From assembly GCA_964016885.1 (NCBI GenBank), contig OZ024755.1:27466001-27530000 (forward strand): a stretch of 64,000 nucleotides of DNA, read 5' to 3'. The position numbers and the translations under genes are program-made. Each line of letters begins with the position of its first letter. Position 1 is the first letter of the stretch. Shown here piece after piece: positions 63,780 through 64,000 of this stretch. Source of the DNA: Eledone cirrhosa. Taxonomy: Eukaryota. The notes under the pieces were generated by a model that ran no database searches, had not been told where the DNA came from, and saw only the letters and a program-made list of their open reading frames with translations.

Positions 63780-64000
63780 ACTAACACAAAAAAACATGTA
63801 CACACCAACTAATACCAGCATGAGCATTATACATTTTAATCCTAAAACTTATTAACTAATCAAATATACTAACAGAACGTTCACACCAACAAATACTACT
63901 ACAGATTCTCCATCCCATTCCTTCCTGTATCACTCCTTGAAATAGCCTAGAATCAAAACCCTCATTTAATTCTTCCTTAGCATGAAACAGAATATATATT

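Overview
AT-rich, microsatellite-dense animal genomic DNA. The SINE families and repeat landscape suggest a cephalopod (octopus-like) genome; this is inferred, not verified. One host gene is well supported: a 14-exon nucleolin-like gene on + (ATG 37466 to TGA 55780, about 590 aa). It encodes an acidic N-terminus, a KKRKK motif, three RRMs, a Gly/Ser/Tyr-rich tail with no RGG, and a C-terminal GKKRTYSDSD; all junctions are GT-AG and phase-consistent when spliced by hand. The rest is mostly mobile-element debris: RTE, CR1, CRE and R4/Dong-like non-LTR retrotransposons, a DD37D (maT) transposon, a piggyBac remnant with many MITEs, a non-autonomous Helitron, a Gypsy pol remnant, a solo LTR, tRNA-derived SINEs and minisatellites. 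The most notable signals are minimal type-I hammerhead ribozyme motifs of Penelope-like type, structured GC-richer islands and a candidate poison exon in the nucleolin-like introns, the prion-like tail replacing the GAR domain, and retroelements clustered in (CATA)n and (TAA)n microsatellites. Most long ORFs in the supplied track are simple-repeat artefacts.
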